This document shows, one piece after another, positions 52,291-64,000 of a stretch of 64,000 bases of DNA (within the stretch, counting starts at the first letter, position 1; every line of letters starts with the position of its first letter). The stretch is from positions 27,984,981-28,048,980 of the forward strand of contig CM119264.1 in NCBI GenBank assembly GCA_051294375.1, in the 5' to 3' direction. The notes beneath the pieces are model-generated. The model was not told the DNA's origin and did no database searches. It worked only from the letters and a program-made list of their open reading frames with translations. A program made the translations under genes and the position numbers. The stretch is from Paraspadella gotoi (taxonomy: Eukaryota; Animalia; Chaetognatha).

Positions 52291-54490
52291 TTTTTGAGAT
52301 TAAATCACAATCGAAAAAAAAATCGTGAGGCGATTGAAGTTTCTTGATTTTATGACAAAGAAAAGATAAATATAAGATGAGACAAAAAAAATGATAGGAA
52401 AGAAAGAAAACTTATAAGTGATAAAGAAGAAGTGCAGAAGTAAAGAAAGAAAGAAGAAGAAAGCAAAATAAAGAAAAGAAAAGAAAAGAAAAGAAAAGAA
52501 AAGANNNNNNNNNNNNNNNNNNNNNNNNNNNNNNNNNNNNNNNNNNNNNNNNNNNNNNNNNNNNNNNNNNNNNNNNNNNNNNNNNNNNNNNNNNNNNNNN
52601 NNNNNNNNNNNNNNNNNNNNNNNNNNNNNNNNNNNNNNNNNNNNNNNNNNNNNNNNNNNNNNNNNNNNNNNNNNNNNNNNNNNNNNNNNNNNNNNNNNNN
52701 NNNNNNNNNNNNNNNNNNNNNNNNNNNNNNNNNNNNNNNNNNNNNNNNNNNNNNNNNNNNNNNNNNNNNNNNNNNNNNNNNNNNNNNATAGAATAGAATA
52801 GAATAGAATAGAATAGAAAAGAAAAGATAAAAAAGAAAAAGAAAAGAAAGAATGGAATAGCAAAGAAAAGAAAAGAAAAGAAAAGAAANNNNNNNNNNNN
52901 NNNNNNNNNNNNNNNNNNNNNNNNNNNNNNNNNNNNNNNNNNNNNNNNNNNNNNNNNNNNNNNNNNNNNNNNNNNNNNNNNNNNNNNNNNNNNNNNNNNN
53001 NNNNNNNNNNNNNNNNNNNNNNNNNNNNNNNNNNNNNNNNNNNNNNNNAAGAAAAGAAAAGAAAAGAAAAGAAAAGAAAAGAAAGGATGAACTCAAATGC
53101 AGTTTCGCGGAAAGAATACCAAGAAATCTCTCATCTCAATAAACGTTGTTCACCTTTCGACCTCAAATCCGAAGCTTGAATCTTCTCTCTGTCGCCGACG
53201 TGTTCGTCGTTGTTGTCGTTGTTGTTGTCATTCTAGTCGTTGTTATTGTTGTTCTCTTTTTTTTGTCTGTTTTCCGATTTTATGGTTCGATTATTTATTC
53301 TTTTCTCTTTTTTTTTCTTTTTTTTTTTGCTGCATGCGCGTTTCGTCTGAGGTCATCGATGGGTGAACTACTTTATTTTTAGGAAAGGATTTTTGAACGA
53401 ACATGTTTTTTTAGGTTTCTTTGTCGATTTAGTGATTGCTTATTTATGATAATATTTTATTTTCATACTTCGCCTTAGTTTTTCACTAATTCGCCCGATT
53501 TCCTTTTTTTCGTTGCTTCTTGTTACTAAAATTTTTTTTAAAAAAGGCGACCGGGTAGTACGCTTTCTTTCTGAAAGCCTCGTGCATTTTTCTTGTAAAC
53601 AAACATTTTGGTGGCAGAATCTCAACCATTCGTCGCTGAGGCGTTAAAGAGAGATAAAGAGAGAGAGAGATAAATAGAGAGAGAAAAAAGGAAGGAAATA
53701 GACAAAGAAAGAAGGAGAGAAAGATAAAAAAAAACTAGAGAGAGAATGAGAAATAGGCTTTGAACCAAATTCAAACTTCACATCAAAAAGAAGGGAAAAA
53801 ATTGTGCTCTTGAAACTTCCAAGTTTTTTTTTGGCAAATGGGAAAAAAAAAGTTTCTTGTTTTCTATTGTTTTTTATGAGTTTTGTTTTTGGTTAACTTG
53901 GTTAAACTTAAAGTTTTAAACGCAGACGAAATGATCATAAATGTCGAAAGATAACGTTGAAAACAAATATTTTATAATATTTCTATATTGTATCTAAACC
54001 GAAGTGTCTCTATGGGTATTGGTTTTTTATTCGGCAGAAGGCGCCTGCCAGCGATGCCCATCACAGGTTCATAAAAATCGAAAACGACGACAACGACAAC
54101 AACGACGACGACGACAACAACGACGACGACGTCCAAAAGCCAAGCGTCGCCTTTATGTTCACGGTGATGCAGAGAGAAGCATCGAACAGTGAACGGAGCT
54201 CGTCTTTCGGGGACTGAATCGATTCACTGCACCTGTTGCCCTCTCAGATGGAGAGAGAGAGAGAGAGAAGAGAGAGAAAGGAGAGAGAGCAGAGAGAGAG
54301 AGAGAGAGAAGAGAGAGAGAAGGAGAGAAGAGAGAGAGAGAAAGAGAGAGAGAGATTTGTTTCCACCACGAAGGCCTCCAGAGTCTTGTGCTCAAAGGCT
54401 CTGGCCTTCCGTCGATGTCACTAATCCTTCTAACAACGGATTGACAAATGTGGTTCTCTCTCTCTTTTACACTTTGATGTAAGAAGAATG

Positions 54491-54550
<60 letters not shown>

Positions 54551-54768
54551 GCTTATCATGTATTTTATTATATTATTAATATAATATTAATATAATTCTC
54601 TCACAGTAAGATAAAATATTTGCTAAAAACTAATTAAGAATTGTTAATTTTTATAAAAAAACATAATAAATAAAAAATATTCCGTTAGGAAGGAAAGATG
54701 GAAAAGTCCGACGCCTTAAGGGACGCAGTTTACAAAAATTCATAAAGAGGATTAGTTCACGAAATGTG

Positions 54769-54951
<183 letters not shown>

Positions 54952-54952
54952 A

Positions 54953-57788
54953 TACAGAATATTTGGAAGTCGGGAACGAGCAAGTAGATCTGGTGAAGAT
55001 TACTGAACATATTTAAGTAAATACGGGCCTAGTTCGTGTGCATGATGAAATAATGAAATTACAATAAGTAAAATTACAGGGGAAGCAAATATTCCTTGAT
55101 TTTGTTTTCTGTGACGATAAAAAGCATGAGATCATGTAAGGACTACAAAGTGTTTGATGACGTGGGAAGCGATCATTTGCCTTGTCTAACTAAAATCGCA
55201 GTAAAAGGTGTAATCCATTAACAAAAGATAAAGTTAACAAAAATAATCAACTATGAAAAATTTTAAACCACATTTAGATGAAGAATTCAGAGAAAATCCT
55301 AAAAAAAACAAAGAAAACTGGAAAAACTAAATTTGAGGAAAAAGTAGAAAATTTGGACCAAAAAAATACATTTTGCTAAGGAACAGTGTTCTCAAGAAAT
55401 AAATTTAAACAAAAAGGGAAACTGCATCCTAATGCGCAACAACTTGAAGTTAATTAAAGAACGACGATAACTGGTGCAAAGAGAAAAAAATTAAGGAGGT
55501 CTAAATTTTAAAGAAAGTATCAATGATAAAGAGGCTTGGAGAAAATATTTTAACCACCGTCAGTCGAGAAGTGAAAAAATCTATCCCGTGAAGATGAGGA
55601 GAGATTGCTATGGAAAAGCCTAAAATGAACAAAATCATTGAGAAAGAGACAGCGGAAAAAGTGGTCAATGATAAAGAATTAATTTAATTGTGGAAAGGAA
55701 AATGGCAAATCTGATTGCATGCCTAAAAAAACCAGATGCACTTCTTAAGAATCAAAATTAGAAAATTGGAAAATCATTAGCAACAAGGATGGATCGTGCA
55801 TTCTGCACGCAGAACCTAATAATGAAAACAAATGGATATTTGATCAGGTACAAAATTTTTAAGTTAGAACAACAGCAAAATTTTTAATGAAAAAGAAGAA
55901 ACTCAACACGGAATTAAAACTAATGTGAAAATGCAATGTAATTAAGTTAAGGTCAAATAATTAGGAATCTTAAAACTAAATCACCCAGGAAAAGATGGAA
56001 TCATCCCCCAAAATCATGAAAAACTTAACTCTCTCAGCAAAGGTGGATTCTCAGTGATATCATGCGAGAATGTCTAGACAAAAGTATATTTCCCTAAACC
56101 CTGGAAAACACTTCAAATCTTCGAATGCTCACAAAACCGCGAAAAGATCTGACAGATCAAAAAGCTACCGACCAATAAGTTCTGATCTCAAGATAGTTGG
56201 AAAATATTTAGAAAGATTAGTAAAAAGAAAAACTGACCGAGAGTGGTACAAAAGAATTTAAATGCTATGGGCCCGATGCATCTGCATACAAGAAAGGTAG
56301 ATCTGCACAAAGAAAATGTCCCTCAGGCTAGTGAAGACAATTAACTGGGCAGCTTCAGAAAAAAGATACTGCACCATTGGTGTTGCATTGGACTTCTCTG
56401 TGCCTTAATTCGATGTGGAGCAATGGATAATTTACAAAATGCATGGAAAAGGATTCCACTCTAAATCTAACTCAAAATGATCAGTTTCATACCTCAGGCA
56501 ATCCATGAAATATTGTTGATGGAAAATCTTGTTCAAGAACCGTCATGCCTAAAAAAAAGCATCACAAGGAGGAATATTAGAGTCCTGATTTATGTTACGG
56601 CTTTATGTAGACGATTTGCCAGTCCCTCATGATGTAAAGGAAGCGGAGCAAAGTAGCCGCTGACGAGTATCCAGTAATCAAGCTTTTTTTAAGTTCTGGG
56701 CTGAAGGAAAAAACCACCAAAGAGCAGTGAAATCCTGGCACCAAGATTAGATGTGTGGTAATGGTTATTGTTCATTGGAGCTCAATTGTCCCGGGAGAAA
56801 TCATCATAACTTTACTCGATGTCCGCAGTCACAAAGACTATTGATTTTCAGTTAAATTTAGGCAAGTGAAGAAGTAGTTAGAAAGAAAAACTCAGGCTCT
56901 TAGTATTGGAGGCATAGATGAAGTTGTAATGTGGACTGTGATTCATTGATGATACTGCTAAATAATATTCAAAAGGCCAAATTTTTATATGACTGTTAGA
57001 TTTGGAGAAAGGATCATGAATAGTGGAATAGACTGATAACATATCTGTTTTATACAAAGCTGGTGCATAGTCTTTTACTATTCCATGTCTGGTACGTTAA
57101 ACAAAATTCAATGGAAAAATTGAACTAAATTAGCAAGCCTTACAAACCTACTTTTAAAACTGCCCTATGCATCTCTTCTATTTGGTGTATGTATGAGCAG
57201 GTAACAAACAGAAATGAATAGGACAGATTTGGAAGGAATAAATTTATCTTGAAAGTGGACCAAAGGAGAAATGAAATGTTTGAAAGGTACAGTATCACAA
57301 CATAGAGACATGACAAACGGACACCATATTCACCAATGAAACTGTGCTATGAGAAATGAGATCGGAAGCCACATCTGCCCTTAGCACATTTGCTTTGGAT
57401 TTGACACTGTCATTGGCGAGTCCTTTGAAGTTTTTGTTTTTTTTCATGTCAATATTACTTTGTTGATTGAGATTAGATATCAATTTCTATTCTTAAACCT
57501 GGATTTATATCCTAGCATAACGTTTTTAACAGCAGTTGTAGCCATCTTTAATATCTTTTAGTAATTTTTGATTACATTTTTTTTTCATTTTTTTTTGTTC
57601 CTTACTAACATTTTGAAAGTCTGTACATGTTTAAATTTTTGGATATTTCACGTTTTTAAAATTAATTTTTAAATGGGTTTTAAAATTAATTTTTCCATTA
57701 GACTTTTTTAGTTTCGTAAACGTAAATGACCTCATGGGCCATCATATTGACGCCGGTTTAGTCTATTTTCATATGTTCATATTTCATT

Positions 57789-57790
<2 letters not shown>
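54953..57790 (+). mobile_element. 5'-truncated non-LTR retrotransposon (LINE) with the C-terminal part of an APE endonuclease and a reverse transcriptase; heavily frameshifted
   Basis: LDFVF (55096-55110), GSDHLP (55165-55182), PGKDGI (55985-56002), SYRPIS (56163-56180), IGVALDFS (56376-56399), QGGIxSP (56565-56586), LYVDDL (56601-56618) and AD-like (~56659). These are followed by an AT-rich 3' UTR ending in TTCAT-like repeats. Confidence 0.9.
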
Positions 57791-57819
<29 letters not shown>

Positions 57820-58047
57820 ATCTCCTCTTCACGTCTCTTCTCTTCTCTCTCCTCGTTTCTCTCTCTCTCTCAGAGATTCTGTTCGTGTAAGATATATCGG
57901 GAAGAAACAGAGAAGAGAGAGAGAGAGAAGAGAGAGAAGAGAGAGAGAAAGACGAGAGAGAGAAGAGAGAGAGAAAGAGAGAGAGAGAATGAGAGAGAAA
58001 GGATTAGAGAGAGAGAGACATAGAGAGAGAGAGAGAGAGAGAGGAGA
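57785..58047 (+). repeat. Right copy of the direct duplication flanking the LINE
   Basis: Same (TC)n - 43-bp core (57871-57913) - (GA)n arrangement, running into a 25-N gap at 58048-58072. Confidence 0.9.
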
Positions 58048-58532
58048 NNNNNNNNNNNNNNNNNNNNNNNNNAGAGAGAGATAGAGAGAGAGAGAGAAAG
58101 AGAGAGAGAGAGGCGCCAGCGAGACAGAGAGGGCGCTGCTCGGGGTCGTTTCCCTGCTCGTCCGTCCTCAGGAGGTCGCGACTTGAATATACGATGAATC
58201 GTTGACTTCGAAATTTTGGGGGAAAAAAATTTGTTTGTTTATTTGTATTTATTTTTAGTTAAATAAAAAATCACTATTTATTAAAGATTTTTCAAAATAA
58301 ATAAGCATTCCAGGATGCGTATTTATTACTAGGCAGATTTCTAATTTAATTAATTTTCTAACATCAAATTTTTAATTAATATAAGGTACAAAAACGGAAT
58401 ACGTTTTTAAATATTAATTTTTGTTAAAAGATTAGCAAATTTTTTAATGGACGTTCAAAAAAGTATTTGTTTTACATAGATTAATTTACGGTTAAGAATT
58501 ACGTGTAATTTTTATTAGCTTAATTAAATTTT

Positions 58533-58585
<53 letters not shown>

Positions 58586-60344
58586 GAGAGAGAGACCGTT
58601 TACCGGTGACTCAATTCGATTTCCCTTCTTTTTTTTTTCCCTTAAATATTTAAAATCTTTTTCAAAGTGAAGTTTGAAATTTGGATGAAGAGAGAAACTG
58701 GAGTGGGCGTGGCAGTTGATTCCAGAAATGGAGACGGGCGAGAAAAAATGATTACATCACAAAATCACGACATTGTTTGCCATGTCGGGATGGTTTTTTC
58801 CATGTTTTTGAGCATGATCGACATGCAGGAAGTCATTCTATTCCTTGTCGTCTTATTTACGCCTTGGATCCATTGCGTCAGTATTTTTGTTTCATTTTTA
58901 TCATTTTTTTTCTCATTGATCATTTAAGTTGTTGAAACGTCAGTGTTGACAAATATCTCCAGGGATGATAGCTTTTTCTTTTCATTGCCTTCCTTGTTAT
59001 TGTTGTTGTCTTCGTCGCCTCTTTGTCTTTGTCGTCGTCGTCGTCGTATGCATCATTTATCTCGGTTTAAGCAGCGACTCGCGAATTGTCATTCATATTT
59101 TATTTATGAAGGACAAAAAATCAAAAAAAGTAAAAACTGAAAGAATAAAAAGAAAAAGAAGTAAAATTCGAGATGAAACAAATAAAGAAAAACGGAGAAA
59201 AAATAAGAAATTCAAACAAATTCTCTTAGACTTACAAAAACCAAAAATCTTATAAAAGTCAAGAAAAAAAATGTTATTCGATTGAAGCCAAAACAAAAGA
59301 AAAAAAAGAAAACTATTACAAAACAAAACCAAAAAAAAAACAAACGATTACAATATATTATTAGTTTTTGGCGAAATTTCTCGAATCTTTGTGGATTTAA
59401 AGGTCGAACGAGAGACGCTGTTTGTCTTTCCGTAGTCGTTACATCTTTTCCCATAATTTATTTGTTTTCGATTTCCGTTTTCTTTGTTTTTCTTTTGTTT
59501 TTCTTTTTGTTTTTACTCTCCTTTTTAAGTCTTCTTCTCTACGCTTCGCGTTCTTCATTTGTTTTGTTTTATCTATTTTTTTTATAATTATTTTTTTATC
59601 TAGTTTATATTTTATATCCTATCTCTTTTTCTTTTATTTCTTATTCTTTTACCTATTTTACTAATCGCCTTAACATATCTCATAATACTTATATGGTGCA
59701 GAGACTCTTGTAAACATGAAATTGTTTCAAACAAACTCTGCTGATTTTGCCTTAATATCGTCTTTTTATGTTGGGATTTCAAGCGAAAATGAGCCCCGAG
59801 GGTCCCAATTTTATAAGTGGCCACCTCTTTCTAAATGTATTAATTCATTTTTTATTTCGTATATTATTTAGTCTATAATATATATTTTATTCCTTTTTTT
59901 TCACCCATTTTTTTCATTTTTTCTTTTATTTCATTCTCTTTCCTCATTCCCCCCACCTTTTCTCTTCTTTCATTCTCTTCATTTACTTCGCTTTTCTTTC
60001 ATTTTCTTCTTTTTCTTCTCTTTTCTTTCACTCTCTTCATTTTCTTCTCTTTTCTTTCATTCCCTTCATTTTTTTCTCTTTACTTTCATTCTCTTCTTTT
60101 TCTTCTCTTTGCTTTCATTCTCTTCATTTTCATCTCTTTTCTTTCATTCTCTTATTTATCTTCTCATTTCTTTCATTCTTTTTGTTTTCTTCTCTTTTCT
60201 TTCATTCTCTTCATTTTCTTCTTCATTTTTCTTTCTCTTCGCTTTTTTTTGTTTTTGTCCTTTGATGCAGACTTTTAAATCAATAAGGGGATGTGACTAG
60301 AATTCAATTTCATATTTTTTTTAAATATGGAAAACCTCGGCTTT

Positions 60345-60735
60345 CAAGCTTCGTCGTCATCTTTGTCTTCGTCGTCTTCTTTGTCCTCTTTTGTATTCGT
60401 CTTTAATCTTTGTCTTGGTCCTCTTCTTTGTCCTATTTGTCATCTTTTGTTCTCGTTGTATTCGCCTTTATTCTTTGTCTTTGTCCTCTTCTTTGTCATC
60501 TTTGACTTTTTTTGTCCTCTTTGTATTCGCCTTTATTTTTTGTCCTTGTCCTCTTCTTTGCCCTCTATGTCTTTTTTAGTTTTTGTTGTATTCGCCTTTA
60601 TTTTTTGTATTTTTCCTCTTCTTTGTCCTCTTTGTCTTTTATCGTCCTCTTGGTATTCCCCTTTATTCTTTGTCTTTGTCCTCTTCTTTGTCCTCTTTGT
60701 CTTTTTTCGCCCTCTTTGTATTCGCCTTTAATCTT
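60345..60735. repeat. 65-bp minisatellite, about 6 copies
   Basis: TGTATTCGCCTTTA-like anchor at about 60392, 60457, 60522, 60587, 60652 and 60717. Confidence 0.9.
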
Positions 60736-61173
60736 GGTCGTCTTCGTCGTAATCGTTCCAATTCTCACGACGATTTCGTCGTCAGTTTCGTCGTAACTTT
60801 TGTCAACAATTTTCTCTTTGCAGAGAGGAGGTTTCCAAGTCCATCTGACGGTGTAGCAAGATCCAACACACTGTGCTTTATGGAACTTGGGATCTGGTGC
60901 CACCAGTGGTGGTGTTTTTAACTGCTTCGGCACTGGTGATGATGGACACACTCATTTTATCCTAAGTGACATGACATCACTACAATTTTTCATTTTTCCA
61001 ATTACAGAAATTTAGTTTTTTAAAGTTAAACACTATATAATGTAGAGTAGTGGCTTAGATTTCGCTGTCATCAAAGTTTTACTTATAATTTTTATGTTAA
61101 TTAGCTTTTTTTTTTAGCCTTTTAGTTTTCAAATTCCAGTTGTATGTTATTTCGGCGAAATGAAGGAAAGATC

Positions 61174-61384
61174 TCATCCCTACGAAATCTCACTTTGTCT
61201 CAATATCATCCCTAAGAATCTCTTTTAGTCTCAACGTCATCCCTACCAAATCTCTTTTTGTCTCAATATCATCACTACAAATCTCTTTTAGTCACAACGT
61301 CATCCCTACCAAATCTCTCTTTGTCTCAATACCATCCCTACAAATCTATTTTAGTCTCAACGTCATCCCTTCCAAATCTCTCTA
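61174..61384. repeat. Minisatellite of alternating 32- and 31-bp units (63-bp higher-order repeat)
   Basis: TCATCCCTA units start at 61174, 61206, 61237, 61269, 61300, 61332 and 61363. Confidence 0.95.
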
Positions 61385-62137
61385 TGACGAAGAAGAGAAA
61401 AGTAACCACGAGATGAAACGTTGACGTCAACCCTGATTTTGCTATGACGATGACGAAAACGACGACAAGGAAAACGACGATGACGACGACGAAAAAGACG
61501 ATGACGACGAAAACGACGATGACGACGACGCAGACGAGAAAGTCGGCAATTTCGAATTCGTCTTATCGCAGCAAAGAATCTTATCATCGATAATCGTGTG
61601 TTTGGTTGTTGTTGTTGTTAACTTAGTATTGTTGTTATTTTATATACTTTTTATATATTTTATATTTATTTTCGATCATTTCTTTTTATATTTTGCTAAT
61701 TTCTTACTTCTGACGTTAAGAAAATCGGAAAAATGAAAAACAACAACAACAACGACAACGACGAAGACGATCAAACTGACGACCACAACGACGACTATGA
61801 ATCCAAAGACAACAACAATAAAGACGACATGAACAACGACAACGACGACAACGACGACAGCAACGACCATTTTTACTAAAAAGACGTCAATAAAAACGTT
61901 TATATGTTCGGCCGATAGCTCAAGTGTTTAGCTGCATCGACGATTTGGCAACAATAACGACAACAACGACGACGACGATGACGATGACGTTCTCAAAAAA
62001 AAGAAGATTAAGATAACGACGACGACGACGACGACCCCCTCCCGAGTTTTCCCTCTGGTGGCAGAAGAAGAAAACAAATGGCTTTATTACTCTCTTTTCG
62101 TCTGCCTCTTGTTTTTAATTCTTCTTCTCGCGCACTC

Positions 62138-62220
<83 letters not shown>

Positions 62221-62538
62221 CTCTCTCCCTCTTTCATTTCCCCTTTTTTCAGCTCTTTTGTCTCGAAGCCTCGTAATTTCTCTTCGTCCCTTCGCTTCCT
62301 TCCTTCGTTAATTCGTCTCTCGCATTTCTATTCTAATTTTCTTCCCGCCAACTTTTCTAATTTTCCTCTTCTTCTTTCACCCCTCGCGACTTACCCTCTC
62401 TCTCTCTCTCTCTCTCGTTATTATTCTGTCAGTCTGTCGGGCCGCGTGACTGGTCCGACTGTATTCTTTCTCTGTGTTTTATGTCACTTAAATTCCTCTT
62501 TTTCCTCGTTTTCGTCTCGCTCGTCGTGGAGTCTCGTC

Positions 62539-62601
<63 letters not shown>

Positions 62602-62704
62602 ACTCTATATCTCGCTCTGTCTTTTTCTCTATTTTTCTATTTTTGTCATCATCTTCATCACATCTCTCCCTCCCCACTCTACTACTTCACACTCTCCTTT
62701 AATT

Positions 62705-62739
<35 letters not shown>

Positions 62740-63111
62740 CTTCTCTCTTCTCTCTCTCTCTCTCTCTCTCTATTCTCTCTTTTCCCTTTCTCTCTTCTCC
62801 TCTCTCCTCCTTTCTTCTCCTCCTCCTCCTCCTCCTCCTCCTAGGGCATCTTATTCCAAAATTGAGCAGCAGCTTCAAAGCAGCATAAGTGAGGGAAGGT
62901 CGTAAGCCTTTTTACTGAGGCGAGCATAAAAGAAAGAAAAAACTCGATGGAAAAAAGATAAATTAGAAAAAAAAGGGAAAAGAAAAATATTTAAAAAAAG
63001 GAAAAAGGCAGAAAAAAAGAAAAAAAGAAAGAACCGGGGACTTATGATCAAAAAGATCTCCATGCAGATGAAAAGACGCAGAAAAGAAGGCATGATATGG
63101 GGAGGAGAGAG

Positions 63112-63184
<73 letters not shown>

Positions 63185-63204
63185 TAGAGAGAGAGAGAGG
63201 AGAG

Positions 63205-63253
<49 letters not shown>

Positions 63254-64000
63254 ACGCCTATAAAGAAGATAAAATGAGTTTTTAAAACGATTTTTATTCT
63301 TAATGAGTTGATTGTTCAAAACGAAAACTGCGACCCGTTTTCTAATCACTCTCTTGATTTTTTCGGCGACGTAAATAAAGAAATAAAGAAAGAAAGACCG
63401 ACCGACCTCGTTTTCAACTACCCCCCTTTAGTCAAAATGTCACGTGACTCACACTCCATTAGTTTTCGGTCGTCGATTCATTAATCAGAATAAAAAATCT
63501 TATTATTGTAAATATTGTATTTCGCTTTTTCTACCTTCCAGCTTCCTTGCCTTCGCTATACTTTTTCTTTTACCTTTCTTCACTTTTGCCTAGTCTTAAT
63601 TTCTTTTTTGCCTTACCTTGTGCTTTTCCATGTCTTTGCCTTGTTCTCCCTTTCGCCTTTGGTTTGCCTTCCCTTGAGCATTGTATTTTCCTTGCGTTGA
63701 CTTTTTTCTTCTTTCACTTTTCTTTGCCTTCACCTTTCCCTTGCTTTACTTATTCCTTACTTTCCCTTCTTTATTCTTTGTATGTGAGTCTATAAGTGTG
63801 TGAGCGTGATTTTCCCGTGCGTGACGCCGTTCACAATTCACAGCCGCAGATTTCTTCATCGCATTTCTGTCTCTTTTATTTTTCTGTTTTGCGTCGACGT
63901 CAATTGGGCTTCGCATCAATGGACAACAACGACAACAACGACAACAACGACAACAACGACGACTTGGTCTTCGCTTCTTCCTCGTTACCCTACATTTGCT

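Noticed and set aside
59690-60965. Two short unique segments (59690-59830 and 60824-60965) as exons
   Set aside because: The reading frame and strand are ambiguous and no recognisable protein emerges.

Overview
This is draft-quality animal (metazoan-like) genomic DNA. It is very rich in microsatellites ((AG)n, (AAAG)n, (GAC)n, (ATT)n, (GATA)n) and has 16 N-gaps, six of them exactly 25 N long, plus noisy indel-rich patches typical of long-read gap filling. Most ORFs in the supplied track are microsatellite translations. Four non-repeat blocks stand out. (1) A probable host gene end on the minus strand at 6.8-8.5 kb. (2) A microsatellite-free island at about 14.85-19.3 kb with very short candidate minus-strand introns and unrecognised coding content. 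(3) A roughly 11-kb, nearly microsatellite-free, plus-strand island at about 23.8-34.5 kb. It carries a frameshifted Academ(X)-like transposase/XPG/Cys-finger gene followed by compact spliced sequence with motifs of a USP (C19) deubiquitinase, a Ulp1/SENP (C48) protease and a further unresolved domain. This is the best candidate for an undescribed cargo-carrying mobile element. (4) A 5'-truncated APE+RT LINE at about 55.0-57.8 kb, flanked by a long duplication of a (TC)n-core-(GA)n target. All protein identifications come from manual motif reading across frameshifts, not database searches.
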